From: Elsinoe ampelina
Lineage: Eukaryota
NCBI GenBank assembly: GCA_010093995.1
Contig: ML992502.1
Coordinates: forward strand, 2,240,728 to 2,304,727
DNA: 64,000 bases
Reading direction: 5' to 3'
Shown here: in pieces, positions 11,529-24,766 of the stretch
Position numbering within the stretch: position 1 is the stretch's first letter
Layout: the number at the start of each line of letters is the position of its first letter
The notes under the pieces: generated by a model
What the model was told of the DNA's origin: nothing
The model's input: only the letters and a program-made list of their open reading frames with translations
The model's database searches: none
Program-made: the position numbers and the translations under genes

Positions 11529-11929
11529 ATCACTGCACCCTTCACAACATGACCAAGTTCGACATCACAGTCATAAGATACCGAAAGTCTACCTCGCCAC
11601 CCAGTAAGGGATGGCCGAAACAAAGCTAACAATGCTGAGCGGCTTGTGAACCGCAAATATCTCGCTGCCCTAGACACAAGCCTCTCTTTGCAAAGAAGGA
11701 CTAGAAGATAAGCTATACATGAGACAAAGTCGTCAATACCCAAATCGCTTCCCATGTCATGCCACGCCGGTGAGGCATTCGTCTTTCCCCCACTGAATGC
11801 AAGCAAGGAAATCGACACGTGTGTACCAATAAAATCAATCCCTCAGAGTCTCCTCCCTTCCTCCCCCAGCGTCTCTCCTCTCTGCTCGTCCTTTCTGCTG
11901 CTCCTCTCTGCTCGTCCTCTCTTCCTCCT

Positions 11930-12160
11930 CCCCAACCCCCCACCTCAAATCATCCCCCCCTCCTCCCTCTCCCTCCCCTCCTTCCCCTCCCCTCAAACAT
12001 TCCCCAAACTCACGCTCCCCTTCCTCCCCCTCCCCCCGTTATTCGGACCAACACTCCCCTCCCTCCCCCCCCCCCCCCCGTTATTCCGACCCACCCCCCC
12101 CTCCCTCCCCCTCCCCCCCACACTCGGCCCCACGCTCCCCTCCCTCTCCCTCCCCCACCC
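11930..12160 (-). repeat. G-run-rich imperfect tandem repeat encoding the (GREGSVG..)x4 C-terminus of the WD40 protein
   Basis: The plus strand has repeated C-runs, including a long C homopolymer at about 12065-12079. Translation gives GREREGSVGPSVGGRGREGGVGRNNGGGGGREGSVGPNNGGRGRKGSV. Confidence 0.75.
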
Positions 12161-15100
12161 AGCAGCAGGCGGCACATAAACCCCCTGCTGCAACATCTCG
12201 GGCGGCATATTCGCTCTGATCTCCTTGGGATGACGCACGTACCCCGACGACGGCAGACCAGGCGTGCTGCCCTTCCTTTGCTGGCTCTCCGAGGTGGACG
12301 CGCTGTCGAAGTACCCCGTCGCCATGGTGCCGCCCATTGCGCTGGCGGAGCGGGAGCCGGACGCGTGTTCCAGGGGCGCGGTGCCCGGGCGGGAAAGGGC
12401 GGTGCCGGGGCGGCTGGGGAGGTGGGAGGTGGGGTGCTCGTGGAGGGGCGTGTTGGTTGCGGAGTAGTTGCCTAGGGTGGTTTCGTAGGGGCTTTTGGCG
12501 CCGGTGGTGCGGAGTGAGGAGAGGCTCTCGCGGCGGGCGTGGGAGCGGCCGAGGGAGCCGGTGGGGCCGGGCGGGGCGTGAGCGGGGAACGGCGGGAGGA
12601 CGGTCTCGTACGGGCTGGATTGGGCGATGGTGGTGCCGACGGCGTTCATGGGCCCGGAGATGGTAGGGGATTTGTTGTTGCTGCGGGACGTGCTGCGCAT
12701 GCGTTCGGTGACGTTGCGGATGCGGCTGCCGAACGACTTGGAGTCGGAGATGGAGTTGCGGCCGCGACGGTGTTGTTGTGTGGGCGAGGCTGTGGAGGCA
12801 CGTTGGTCCGGTAGGTGAGGTCGAGTTTGGGACGGAGACGTCGAAGGGTCGAGAGAGATGTCGATTGTGCCGGCTGAGGAGTAGCCTTCGTGAGCAGAGT
12901 GGCGGCTGTCTTCCTGGGATAGTGAAGGCGGCATCGGGATAGGTGGTGGCGGTGGCGGGCCGGCCAAATGTTGGAGCTCCGGGAGTAGAGGCGGATCAAG
13001 GTCGACAGTCTTGACTACCACCACGGGGTCTGACGCAAGCGTTTCATCGATGCTGGCCGTGACGATCGACGGAGACCGCTGGTGAGGAGCCGGTATCATG
13101 GGTCCATCGTGCGTCTGCGAGCGAGCATGAGTACGGAGCGAGTTGCGTCGAAACCCTGATGCAGAAGACGGGTTTGGCGTCTTTGCATTGCGGTAGGCAG
13201 GATGGATGTCATTTCGCTCGATCGGAGCTGAGGCACATCGAGGCTCTGGCGCCGGCTGCGAGTAGGTTGTGCTCGGCAGGAGCGGGCCAAGCTGATCTTC
13301 TTGCGGAGAGTCGTGGATGGCAGGAATGGGAGGGACCTCGGGGATCGACTCACGCGACTCTGCCATGTAACGAGGGTGCATCATTGCCTTTGGCGTCGCA
13401 GGTAGACCGATTGCCAGGTTGGGTGGTCCACCTGCACGCGGGAACGGCCTGCCCATGGATTCGGCGTCGACTGACTGACTGCGTGACGGATTACCGGAGT
13501 ACGGCGGTGCAAAGGACGTCGGACTCTCCCCGAGCTCGGTGTGATATCGAGGTGCCATCTGCGGTCGCCTGTTGAGCTCGCTCGGCATCGGTATGGCTGG
13601 GGCAGACGGTCTACGGACGAGCGACAGACGTCGTTCTTCCAACTCTTTGGCAGCAAGCTCTTTCCGGCTGAGGATACTCTTCGCTTCAGCGGCCGATGTT
13701 AGACCAAGTCCACTGTCTTCACGAATTGCTCGATACAACTCTGCATCTCTGGTCGTGGAGGTGGCCCGAGGCAGCGGCTTTCTGCTTGAGCTTCGTAGGC
13801 GTACTCTCTGTCCGTCACTGTCCGTAGCGCCATCCTTCTTGTCCGTCATCTCAGGTGACTTTGGCAGTGGCGAAGAAGGGGATCGAGCCATCGACCCGTC
13901 TTGTCTCTGATCACTGCGGCCACGACCAACGGCGAGCCTTTCCGGACTTCGTGCACGACTACGCTCACGTCCGGGCCGTCGACTACGGTCCCTTGTCTGC
14001 AGCCTATCGACGGGTGAAGTGACGCGTTCAGCTGCCTCGCGAGTGGCGGCAGCAGCTTGCGTAGCCGCGAGAACCTCATCAGGAGACATCGGCACTGGTG
14101 AAGACGGTGATCGCTTCGCGGGGCGGATGTACTTGACGTCGTGTCGGCCACGACTCTCCGATCTGTCCTTGCGACGACGAGACTTTGACTCTGCTCTAGC
14201 CTTGCTGCGTTCTCTTGTGGCTCGTGCTGTGATCCTAGCCTGCTCAACACTGTTCATGTATGGGTCTCGAGCTCGGCCTTTGACGCTACTCGTTGCGCTG
14301 TTCGCGGTAAGAGGCGGGCTCGTGGCTCCACTGCGGCCGGTCAAGCTCGATGACATGCTGATGCCGGAACGAGATGTTGCGTGTGTAGATAGAGCAGGCG
14401 AGGTGGTACCCTCTGCGAAGGTCTGGTAGACCTTGACTTCTAGTCCGTCAGGCATACGATGGCGAGAGCCATTCCTGGCGTGACCCTCTTCCTTGAGCCT
14501 GTTGAAGACGCCCACTGCAGGTGAAGGCAAGTAGCTCGGATCGCTCACTTTTCTGTCACCGGGCTGGTACTTCGCTGGACTGAGGGTCTCGGGCAAAGCC
14601 TCGCCGCCTAGCGAAGAGACACGTCTGTGCGACTTGAGCACAGTAGCTGGGCCATCGTCTATGATCGTTGAGATGGCGAAATCTCGAGATGCAGTCTGTG
14701 GAGTCTCTTGTGGCGTTCGTAGCTTTTGGTCTCTCGAAGGTAATCGCTTCCTTCCGAACGCACCGGGAGTAGCTGTACGAGCAGAGCGAGCAGAGGCGGG
14801 ATCTCGTTCTCTTCTGTTCTCCCGCAGCCATGTATTCTGACCTCCAGGAGAAAGTGCAGACATTGCGATTGGCGTGACTCCGTCCGCTCCAATACTGTTC
14901 ATTGGCGTAATGTCGTCCACTTTGGTGAGGACAGGCACGCCCTTGGTACCAAAAGTGGTGATCAGCTTCAGTGAAGCATTCTTAGCGTTGAATCGAGCGG
15001 ATGGACCAGCAGACGGTGGAGATCCTGGAGGGCTCATGGACGCCGGACCAAGCACTTGCTCTTTCTGTGCAGTATAGACAGCGTCCTGCGCTCGCGGGGA

Positions 15101-17242
15101 GAACCAGGGTCCGGTAGTCTCTTCGCTGGTACAAGAGAAGATTCTCACTGCAAGTTCGGGTGACCCAGTCTTGACAGCAACTTCACCCCACTTCCTCAGT
15201 AGAAAGCATTGACGTTCCCAATTCGCAGGCATGGTCAAGCAGGTCAGCAGGAGCGCTTCCATGAAGCATCTCTGCGAGACATATGCCTCGATTGCGTCGT
15301 CGAACTCTCCAAGACCGAGAAGTATGGCTACCGCAGGGTGGATATCGCCTTTCTCAAGAAGTCGTTGGACGAAAGCCTCGCCGACCTTCTTTTGAGAGTC
15401 CTTGCCGATTGAGCCGAGGGCGAGCAGCATCCAGTCCGAAGAGCTCATCGAGTCTGATCCCATCATGGAAATCATGGAGTCGCTCCCGAGTTCGCCTAGC
15501 CACTTTGCCAGAAGCACTGCCCGACTCGATCCAGGTGGATGTCGCATCATCTCGTCTCGAATGAGCAGCCGGATGTCTTCTGACCATCCAAAGACTATTC
15601 TCAGCATCTCCTTCCGTAGCAGATCAGGCGTGCGTGTGCCCTCACCGTAGTCGGGTGCTCTGAAGACGACATCGTGCAATCTTGCTCTAGTCACAGGGAA
15701 GAGATCAAGGATCTCGGTCGGCGTGGGATCATCTGGACTGCGCATCACCTCCTTCCGAAGAAGCGAAGATCTGTATGATGTGCTTGACCGAATTGATGCA
15801 CTCTCTCGGTTACGCGGCTGTGATTGGGCCATCGACATGGAGAATTCTGTGCTGTCTCTGGAGCCGTTCGAAGTTCTTGACGATGGCTTGTCGTAGAGAT
15901 AATTTGGTAATCTCCGACCAGATGACTTCGAGCTCGTAGACGATCGGCTCGATCCAGGGCTGAGCGGTGCTAGTCGATCTCTTCGTTCCCGCTCTTCTTC
16001 CAATTCGTCCATCTCTCGTGCTATTCGTTGTAACGGAGACATGGTTGACCTCTCGGATTCGCTAACTTCGCTCTCGCTGAAGGTCGGAAGTACTGGCGGA
16101 AGAGTGGTACCTTTGGACTCATCAATTGAGCCAGGAGGTGAGGGTGGGACATTGGCCGGGATGTGCTGGACGGACTTGACCATGAAAGCGTCCCCTTCCG
16201 GGTTCACATCCCACTGTTGTATCACCCAATTGTTGTGTACGGTGAACATGGCTGATGTCGCACCGAAGTTGCATATGCTGGTAAGACCTTCCGGCACATT
16301 TAGTGGCTGTACTACCACCTGCTTGGTTCTCATGTCGTGCAGTCGAGTTCGTCGATCCGAGTGCTGGATGATTCGACCATTTCTTGACCAGCCGAACCAG
16401 TTTGGTCCGCTCACGATGCCTTCGTCCAAAGACATGATCCGGATCGCAAGGCACTGGTGGGCTTTGCCGTCAGCTCTCGGCACGTTCCACACACGCATGT
16501 CGCCGTCCGCGGTCTGTGTCGCTAGCATGTCGGTCTTGTGTCGGCCTGCTCCGCTGTGCCATGCAACAGTCGCCACTGGCGATGGCCGTCGCTGGGTCGA
16601 CAGGGTGTAGTGAATCGTGAATGTCGGATGAATCGAGATGATCATGATTGAACCATTCATGTAGCCGACTGCGTAAGTTCGGCAATCCACGTATGGCGCA
16701 ATGGCTGTAATCGGGTCGAATATCGTTCTTGTGGAGATGTGCTCGGACGTAGCTGGGTCGAAGAGTATGATGTTTCCGGTTGAATTGCCTACGCTGTTAG
16801 TGGAAGTTTATCCTTCGAGATATAGGCTCGACTCACCGAAGACCACATTGCCGTTCCGCATCCATGCTGCCACCTTGATGGGCTCGTAAGCCGCAAACCT
16901 AGTGATCTCGTCTCCTGTATGGATGTCCCATATGATAGCTGTATTCCCGGTATCATAGCTCACCGCAAGCCTCCCATTCCCTCTTTCGCTAATGTTGTCC
17001 ACCGCTAACCACACCACATCTTCCCTATGCTTTTCAAACCTCCGTTCTATCGCTAATGTGCCATGCCGAAGCACTAGCACCTGATTCCCTTGCCCGACCA
17101 GCAAGAGCTCGCCGGTGGTAGCCGAAGCTTGCAGTCCCTGCTCTGCATTCTCGGGTGTGAGCGTCGGTGCCGGTGCAGGATGTATCGAAGCACCGGACTT
17201 CTTCGAAGACTGTGATTGCCGTCTAGACAGTCCGTTAGACAT
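11993..17242 (-). CDS. Large WD40-repeat protein with helical (Gemin5-TPR-like) middle region and long disordered S/P/R-rich tail
   Basis: N-terminal WD repeats (AVSYDTGNTAIIWD, ATQTADGDMRVWN), intron 16789-16836, helical block QRLLEKGDIHPAVAILLGLGEFDDAIEAYVS, and an open frame of more than 1500 codons. Confidence 0.85.
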
Positions 17243-19869
17243 GTTGCGACGCACTGAACATGTCAGCAAGGGAGTGAAAGGCCGAGAATGCGGTCAATGG
17301 GTCGAGTTTTCTGGAAAAACGTGGTGGTCGGAGGCTTGGGACGTACCAGGTGTGCGCGCTACACAGGATCGGAATCAATGCTGTAACATGCAAGGGTTGT
17401 TGTGTTACATAGGGTCCTGTAACCGCCGGTTGAACGAGGAAAGGGTCGGAGGGTCGGGCGGCATGTGTTGGCGCGGTCATTCATGGGAAAGGGAAATGCG
17501 AGAAAGAATTACAGGGCGCTTGTAGGTAGATGTGGTTCTTACATGCGAATAGAGCAAGTATGGAATAGGAAAGGTGCCAGGTCAAAGCGGTTAATTAGGA
17601 CATTTCAGTTGTTAGATAGACTGTCCTTCGACGGGGTACAGAAGAAGCTCCACCCACGGATTGGACACAAAAAACGCCTCTGAACGACTAAGGGACGCAA
17701 GGGAATATCGGGGAGGCTAGATGGCGCCCGGTCGGCAACAAGCACATCGCTGGAGGAGGACAATTGATGGCTGGAGGTCGATATGGATGAAGTTGGGCGC
17801 CAGTGTGGGTGATTGGTGGGATTGTGGCACGCTAGACACCGCGCTAGTGCGGGATCCCTGAGTGGCCAGCGATACACTCTGCAGGTTCATGGTTGATTCA
17901 AGGGAACATCCTTTGACAGCTGTTTCGAATACACTGCTTGTAGTCGGTACCTGTGGATCACTTCGGTTATCGAGCGACGATGCATTTATCTAGTCCGCAT
18001 AGCCCGCTCTTGTCTGCAGTGCATTTCCATCACTACGCATACAAAGGACTTGTTGGCGGCCGTGGCAAGGCCCATCACGTTTCTTCGCAGCCCGTCACCG
18101 CCTCGGAACAGGTGATCGTCTACGCGGCCTGCGCCGGTCTCGCTAAGTGGCAGTGATGGAAAGCAAGGACCGCTGTGCTGGCAAAAGACAGGCCTTTGTG
18201 CTCCCATTCGCAGGCCACGCCTCCTATCAATTCAACGCTCTACAATCAGGTGATGTACACAAAAGTCAGGTGTCCAGTCATTACTCGGTGGTGACGGTCC
18301 AAGATCTGCCCCAAGATCTCAATGAAGATCTATCGAACGCAAGAAGCTCGGCGGTAGCATCCGACGAGCTCGTCAATGGAACCTGACAACGTGCGGTTGA
18401 TTCATGGAAGCACCATTTTTTCGAAACGTGTACTACCATCCATCAGTCTGTACCTGCGGCTCCTTTGTTTGTCGAGGCGCTCATGGTCGCTCAGAGTAGA
18501 TTGGCAAGGCCGTCATATTGACTTTGCGAAGGCTGCGGTTGAGAAGCACAGGATACCAGTGTGAGGCGAATGAAAGAGGGCAGCCAATTGCTGTCGTTCT
18601 TTAACCGCCCATGAAAAACACGCTAATGCAGCCACAGCGTGCAGGCCCGCCTCCACCACTTACACTTCCTATTTCGGTCATGCGGGGTCCAAAACCCTTG
18701 GACCTTTGGATATTGCGCTCAAAATGGAAATGCCATGCATCTTACTATTATTGCTCTATCGACGTCCAAGAGAATATCTACTTCCTTACAGGGGCGACGT
18801 GATAGCGCAAGTGTTCGCTTCAGCGTCTCCGATTGGGCATGCATCAGTGCTTCTGGTTATCAGGTAATTCCAGCCTCCAAGATGCATCATTCTTCACCGT
18901 CAAGACTTGAACTTGGATTATGCCATTTCTCGAAGAAGGGTTTCGGCCGCGAGGATATTTTAGCCGCAAGGCAATATGCCTCTTCGCCACGCACAGTACA
19001 GAGTGAGTAATCAGACAACGTCACCACCGCTGTGTTGCCCAAGATGTTGAATGACCGGGCTATGGATCGTGATCGCAGTGCCATCCCGGTCACTGGACCG
19101 ACTCGGCACATGCGACGGCGAGGGTTTTCCAAATGGTGTCGAGGCAACGAGGTCAGATGATCCGTCGACATCTCAAGACGTCTGCTCAAACGTCATGGCT
19201 GTGATGTGCCCAGGCGTGGGGTGCGCAGCGAGAGCAGCTGAAGATGGAACGCGCGCAGCGCAACGCCGAGGTCTCGCTGTTGACGCGCGCTTCGGACGGT
19301 GATCATGCGACGATGATGACTCGACCTGAACAAGCCGAGTGACGACGATGACGAGAGGCGACAACGCAGCGGTCATCTGTTCGAGATGCATCGGGGAAGT
19401 GGGCGGTGCAGTAAGGCAGCTGACATGGACGATAAGTATTTCACGGGTGGACGAACAGGTAAGAGTAAGACTCAATCAATTGCTGACGAGAGCTACCTAG
19501 AATACTGCAACGCAGCGAAACGGTTTCAGCCGCAAGAGGTACAAGTATACCAAGATCCTCCACTAACTATTCTTATCCGGACCGATTAATGGTCAAGGGT
19601 ATCATCCGAGAGGGGTCCAATAAATAATGCAAAGACGCTGCGCTCTGCATGTGCGTCGTGTAGAGATGTCGTGATAGTCGTGAGGTGGTAAAATGGCAAG
19701 TCGCTAGAATGATGCGCTGAATGAGAGATGCTTAGGCTGAATGGATGCTGGGCTTCGGTGTCCAGGTGGGGTGGTCCGGCGGTGAGGTGAGAAGGTCCGA
19801 TGGTTGACACGCAACAAACCCGGATGGGGACGTGGTGTCGTGAAGGTAAGCGGCGACGTTGCAGTCACA

Positions 19870-20346
19870 TTACATGCTGGACTCGCGGATGGCAGGCATA
19901 GCCTTGCTTGAGCGACGTGTCGAAGTCTTCTTGGGTGACTTTCGGAAGTGAACCTTCGGCCGTGGGGCGAGTTGTGGAAGGACTGGTTGTGGTTGGATTG
20001 CCCAGTGGTGAGCTTCCCTCGGAGGGGCAGGAGCCTCGCTCAGATATGGCAGTTCCGAACTGTCATCGTCCAAGCCGAAGAGATCTTCGTCGCTGATGTA
20101 TGAAGATGTCTTGCGTTCCGGCGGGGAATAGAGCATTTCGGACTGGGGCCACGACGGAAAAGCAGTAGCCGAGGCTTTGGATGTGGAGGTCTGGGGGAAA
20201 ATATCCAGGAGAGAATCGGAACCATTCGGGGTGAATCCGATGGAGGTGTAGCGAGGAGAGTGGTTGTCCGATGAGGACGTCGACGATGTCGAAGATGAAC
20301 TCGAATATGAAGACATGCTTGATGATGATCTGAATGATTGAAACAT
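19870..20346 (-). CDS. Small Ser-rich fungal hypothetical protein (AFPSWP / SSYISDEDL motifs)
   Basis: ATG at 20346 downstream of a TATATA box (about 20477-20482). The AFPSWP and SSYISDEDLF motifs resemble a recurrent Pezizomycotina hypothetical family (recalled, not searched). Basic C-terminus. Confidence 0.7.
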   Translation of the reverse strand: MFQSFRSSSSMSSYSSSSSTSSTSSSDNHSPRYTSIGFTPNGSDSLLDIFPQTSTSKASATAFPSWPQSEMLYSPPERKTSSYISDEDLFGLDDDSSELPYLSEAPAPPREAHHWAIQPQPVLPQLAPRPKVHFRKSPKKTSTRRSSKAMPAIRESSM

Positions 20347-21942
20347 GTCTAGAGATGTGATGTGAATTTGTATGTCGTGCGAGAGCCCAGGGTTTGCGGC
20401 TCGTGCTGGGAGGTGAGGCTTGTAGATGTTATTTCGAGAAGGCTGCGAAAGCTGAATCGTCCCCAGCAAACGGCTGTATATATCCAGTCGTTCGCACGCC
20501 GTATTGTTAGGAAGGCTGAAGTATCAACAGATGACAGTTTGTTTCGTGATAAATGCGTTTCCAGAACAAAAACAACAAGGAAGGGCTGCGAGGGTCATTT
20601 GTACAATGTGTCATTCTCACCCCCTGTGGTCACCGCCTGGTCAGACGGTAAATTTCGGGCAAGATACGACCGCGGCTGGAACATGCAAGGTGCTGCCAAG
20701 TGCCTGACCGGTTATTTTGTCGAATGTCTGGACACAAGCGGTCTGTGAAGATGCCCGTCCGTCCAATCGGAATGGCTAATCTGCATCACGTCGTTCGCGG
20801 ATCCGGTCTTGGGCCTCGCGGAATCCTCACCGAGGCAGTCGCGGAGCCTATCCCACCGGACAGAAGCAAAACCGCGACGAAACGGTCAAAAGAAATCTCC
20901 ACATGGCCGTTTTTCCCCAGCTCCCTGGCTCACGGAGGGTGGTCGGACAGAGCCGGGCACAGACCCCTCATCTCCTCGGATGGTCGCATCGCATAAAGCA
21001 GTTACAGTCATCTTGGTGTACGGTGGTGACTGGACTGTCACAAGTACATCCCGCGCATACGCCAGAAACACGACAGCTTGTGTTACAAAAGGTCCAGCCG
21101 ACGTGTCGAAAGTGTGCCGTCTGATCTGGACAGGTCACCGCCAACATTGCCTGGTGACCGCCACTTGGTCTCGACCGTGATTGGTCGGGGAAGCATTCCA
21201 GGTCACCCATCGACCGTCAGGCTGGCTCGTCGGAACAGTTTTCCCGCCGCAGCAAGAACGATGCAGGGTCAAGGCTTCACTGGCTTCTGAAGCATCAATT
21301 CTTCCAGGGCTGCTGCGGGTCTGTCAATCCGGGGTTCCGGACTCCTTGCGACATGCTTTTGCTGCACCTTTATCTCCCTGTCCAGACAACCATGCTGCAT
21401 GTAAAGCAAACAGAACCGACGCGTTCAATTTGCTATTTCCAGCTCCTGAAGATCAAACGGCCGTTAGCCACTTCTATTTGCTTTGGTAATTCCAAGTCTC
21501 ACAACGAGGGATCTCGCCCACGCTTTGCGATCGATCATCGTTGCTTCATCAATTGTTCACTAACATGCAGCATGCAGCATGTAGCATGTATCGGACGCGT
21601 CTTGCGTCACGAAGTTGCTGTTACAGCATCATTTCCGAGGATTGCCGAGCATCCTCGAGCACGATGAAGAACTACCAGATGATCGACACATACAGGACTT
21701 CTGCACGACCGTGATTACCCTTTCTGGTAGTCCGCATCTCAAATTCTTTGCAGACCTTTGCGGCTCTGGTAGGTTCCTCACGATTTTACGACACGTCACG
21801 GACGTGAGACATTCTTGGTATTTCCGAACAATCTCGGCGCCCACCATCATCGGCCGGATTGTCGGATAACGCAAATAACCTGGTAGGTACATAGACCGGT
21901 ACATCGTCATCTATCGAAGACCTTTCGTGGTTCCCCAGGCGT

Positions 21943-23205
21943 TCATTCCCGGCGCAGACCCGGAGACGACATCACTGATGCCTCGACCACTTCCGGTCTT
22001 TGCTCGTGCAAATCCCTCCAGTATCGGATATCGTCGAACTTCAAGACCTGATTTCCCCAACTCGTCCATCTAGAGACAAGGTTTCTTGCAAATATCTCCA
22101 TGCCGCGGTAATCCTTCGGCAATACGAGCAAGTCTTGCAAAAGATCCTTCAGACAAGGCTTTCTCGAGTGTAAGTCTGGGACAGCAAAGATGACTCTTCG
22201 CTTGACATCTGCTGTGTGGCTTGGTGGGTTTTCCTTCCTACATTTTCTCCCGACTAGCAGTATTTCATATGGCTTCCTCCAAACACCGTCGATTGGCAAG
22301 ACAGATTCACCCCGCTCCGTGATCTTGACCCAAAGCCACTCCTCGACTAGCTTGACGCCCAGTGAGGAGAACAGTCCGTCTTCTTCCGATAACACCAGAT
22401 CCCGAGCAGCAGATTTGTTCGTCACCCAGACCGCTACAACTCCATCATCGACAAGCAGACTTGAGATGTCCATGTCGAAGAGGAGTTGACGGAGGTCCCA
22501 CATCGACTCTGATACTTCGTAGCGAGATTGCGCACTGCTCCTGCCACCACGGCTGACGGATCGATTCGGCCACGGGGGGTCCATCATGACTACATGAAAC
22601 TTGTGGTCCGTTTGGCTGTCTTTCGCATGCTGTCTGAGAGCTCCATGGAAGGATTGTGTCTTGTTGCAATCGCCAAGGAAGAAGCATGACCTGGGTGCAA
22701 TGTAGTATTCTGTTCCATCTCTGAGACGCAGTGTACATGTCTCGTTGCTGTTGTTTGCGACCAGACGGCCACTTACCTCTGCATCAAAGAAGACTGCTTG
22801 GTTACGGCCCACCAGATTGACAACAAGCGGTGCATCTTTGCCATCAACAGACTGTCGAGCTTTAGAAGGTGATGTTCCCGGTGAGATCGACCGTCGCCTT
22901 TTGACACTAGACTCGCCACCAGAAGATATCCAGCGCGGTAGAACGTAGTCTGCTATGTCCGCACCATCCAGAGACTCAATTGAGTTGAGTATCAGCTGCT
23001 GGTGCTGTAGGTCATGTGGCAGAGGCTTCGGAAGCTTGGATCTCGCCTTCTCGGACTTTGGCTCAGTCGTTGGCCACGTCACCTTCTGCGGTGGGCATGA
23101 TGCCAGTCGACGAGCAGAGCTGAAGGACTGAGCCTCAGCTATCGATGTAGGTATATCGATCACAAAGATGTCGCTGTCATCGTTTCTGTACAGTATGCTT
23201 GACAT
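21943..23205 (-). CDS. MT-A70 family N6-adenine methyltransferase, METTL4-like
   Basis: VVMMDPPWPNRS catalytic motif, VAVWVTN, EEWLWVKIT..GE, RKPYEILLVG, VPDLHSRKP, EIFARNL..WTSWGNQ. Confidence 0.92.
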   Translation of the reverse strand: MSSILYRNDDSDIFVIDIPTSIAEAQSFSSARRLASCPPQKVTWPTTEPKSEKARSKLPKPLPHDLQHQQLILNSIESLDGADIADYVLPRWISSGGESSVKRRRSISPGTSPSKARQSVDGKDAPLVVNLVGRNQAVFFDAEVSGRLVANNSNETCTLRLRDGTEYYIAPRSCFFLGDCNKTQSFHGALRQHAKDSQTDHKFHVVMMDPPWPNRSVSRGGRSSAQSRYEVSESMWDLRQLLFDMDISSLLVDDGVVAVWVTNKSAARDLVLSEEDGLFSSLGVKLVEEWLWVKITERGESVLPIDGVWRKPYEILLVGRKCRKENPPSHTADVKRRVIFAVPDLHSRKPCLKDLLQDLLVLPKDYRGMEIFARNLVSRWTSWGNQVLKFDDIRYWRDLHEQRPEVVEASVMSSPGLRRE

Positions 23206-23540
23206 GATGCATTATGACATCCATCTTCAGAGCACGTCGAGGCCTCATTCTAGTAGGCCATAGTCTGGCAGTGACCCGAGTATGTGTGGCGATGTGATCT
23301 TAGTCATGGTGGGAGAAAATTCCATCGGCTAGACACGGATCTCCAGATTTCTTTCCCCTCGGTCAATCACATGCGGGATGCCAAGGCCTGACATCAATGG
23401 ATGGCCGTTGTTTCCGCACGTTGATTCGGCTTCGGGGCCAAAGGGCACCGGCTCCTCTCAAACACATCCCTGCGAGCACTGCGATTTCTCTTTCCTTCCA
23501 GTACAACTCGATGATACCTACTCGGTGACTGTAGTTGTGA

Positions 23541-24766
23541 ATGCCAGCGAGCATCCCTGGCGACAATGCCTCAGAACACACAGCAAACACACAAACGACG
23601 ATGACATCGATAGCGGCCAAAGAAGGCCGCCCTGGAGCTGCAACGACTGAGGTCGGCGCCAACTTCTCGCTGGACGTGAACAAGGGGAAGAGGCCGATTG
23701 ACAGGCAGAGCTGGGAGTATGTCATCAAGAGTGGACTTGCCGGCGGATTCGCGGGTTGCGCTGTAGGTTGATCAGATGAAGCTGCACATGTCGGGACTGA
23801 CGAGCACAACCACAGGCGAAGACTGTCGTCGGTCCACTCGACCGAGTAAAGATCCTCTTTCAAGCCTCCAATCCGCAATTCCAAAAGTACACCGGCTCCT
23901 GGTTCGGCGTAATACGAGCAGTCCGAGACATCTACACTGCAGACGGCACTCGAGGACTCTTTCGAGGACACAGCGCAACTCTACTGCGCATCTTCCCCTA
24001 TGCCGGCATCAAGTTCCTAGCTTACGAGCAAGTTCGCGCGGTGGTAATACGGGACCATACCCAAGAGACGAGCGTGCGCCGCTTTGCGTCGGGCAGCATA
24101 GCAGGCATGGTGTCTGTCTTCTTCACATATCCGCTAGAAGTGATCAGAGTCCGGATGGCATGGGAGACAAAAGCACATGCGAGGACGAGTTACCTGGACA
24201 TATGTCGGCGAATATACCATGAACAGCCACCGAGCCGAGCTCAGTCGGGCAATTCTGGCCCCCTCTCTGCGACTTCTGCGGCGGTCCAACGTGTGGCACC
24301 GGGTGCAGGCATTGGCAACTTCTTCCGCGGCTTCACACCGACGATGTGGGGAATGCTACCCTACGCCGGATCGTCGTTTCTCGCGCACGATTCTGCTGGC
24401 GATCTGATGCGCGATCCTCGGATAGCAAAATACACAACGCTACCAGAAACCGCGGGAAAGAGCAAGGATCCAAACAAGCCTGCTCAGTTGAAGTATTGGG
24501 CCGAGCTGAGTACCGGCGCCTTTGCAGGTTTCGTAAGCCAGACCGCAAGCTACCCATTGGAAGTCATAAGACGACGGATGCAAGTAGGCGGCGTAGTCGG
24601 AGATGGACACAGGCTTGGAATGGCAGAGGTAGCGAGACAGATTATGCAGCAGAAGGGTTGGAGAGGGTTCTATGTGGGGCTTGGAATCGGATATGCCAAA
24701 GTGGTACCTATGGTCAGCGTCAGTTTTTACGCATACGAGAGGGCAAAGTTCTGGTTGGGGATATGA
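23541..24766 (+). CDS. LEU5: Mitochondrial carrier, CoA transporter LEU5/SLC25A16-like
   Basis: SGLAGGFAGCA|AKTVVGPLDRVKILFQ across intron 23763-23815, three PX[DE]XX[KR] carrier signatures (PLDRVK, PLEVIR, PLEVIR), and LLRIFPYAGIKF. Confidence 0.88.

Noticed and set aside
11754..12475. Pro/Leu-rich plus-strand ORFs
   Set aside because: Translations of the C-rich antisense strand of the WD40 gene's G-rich 3' end.
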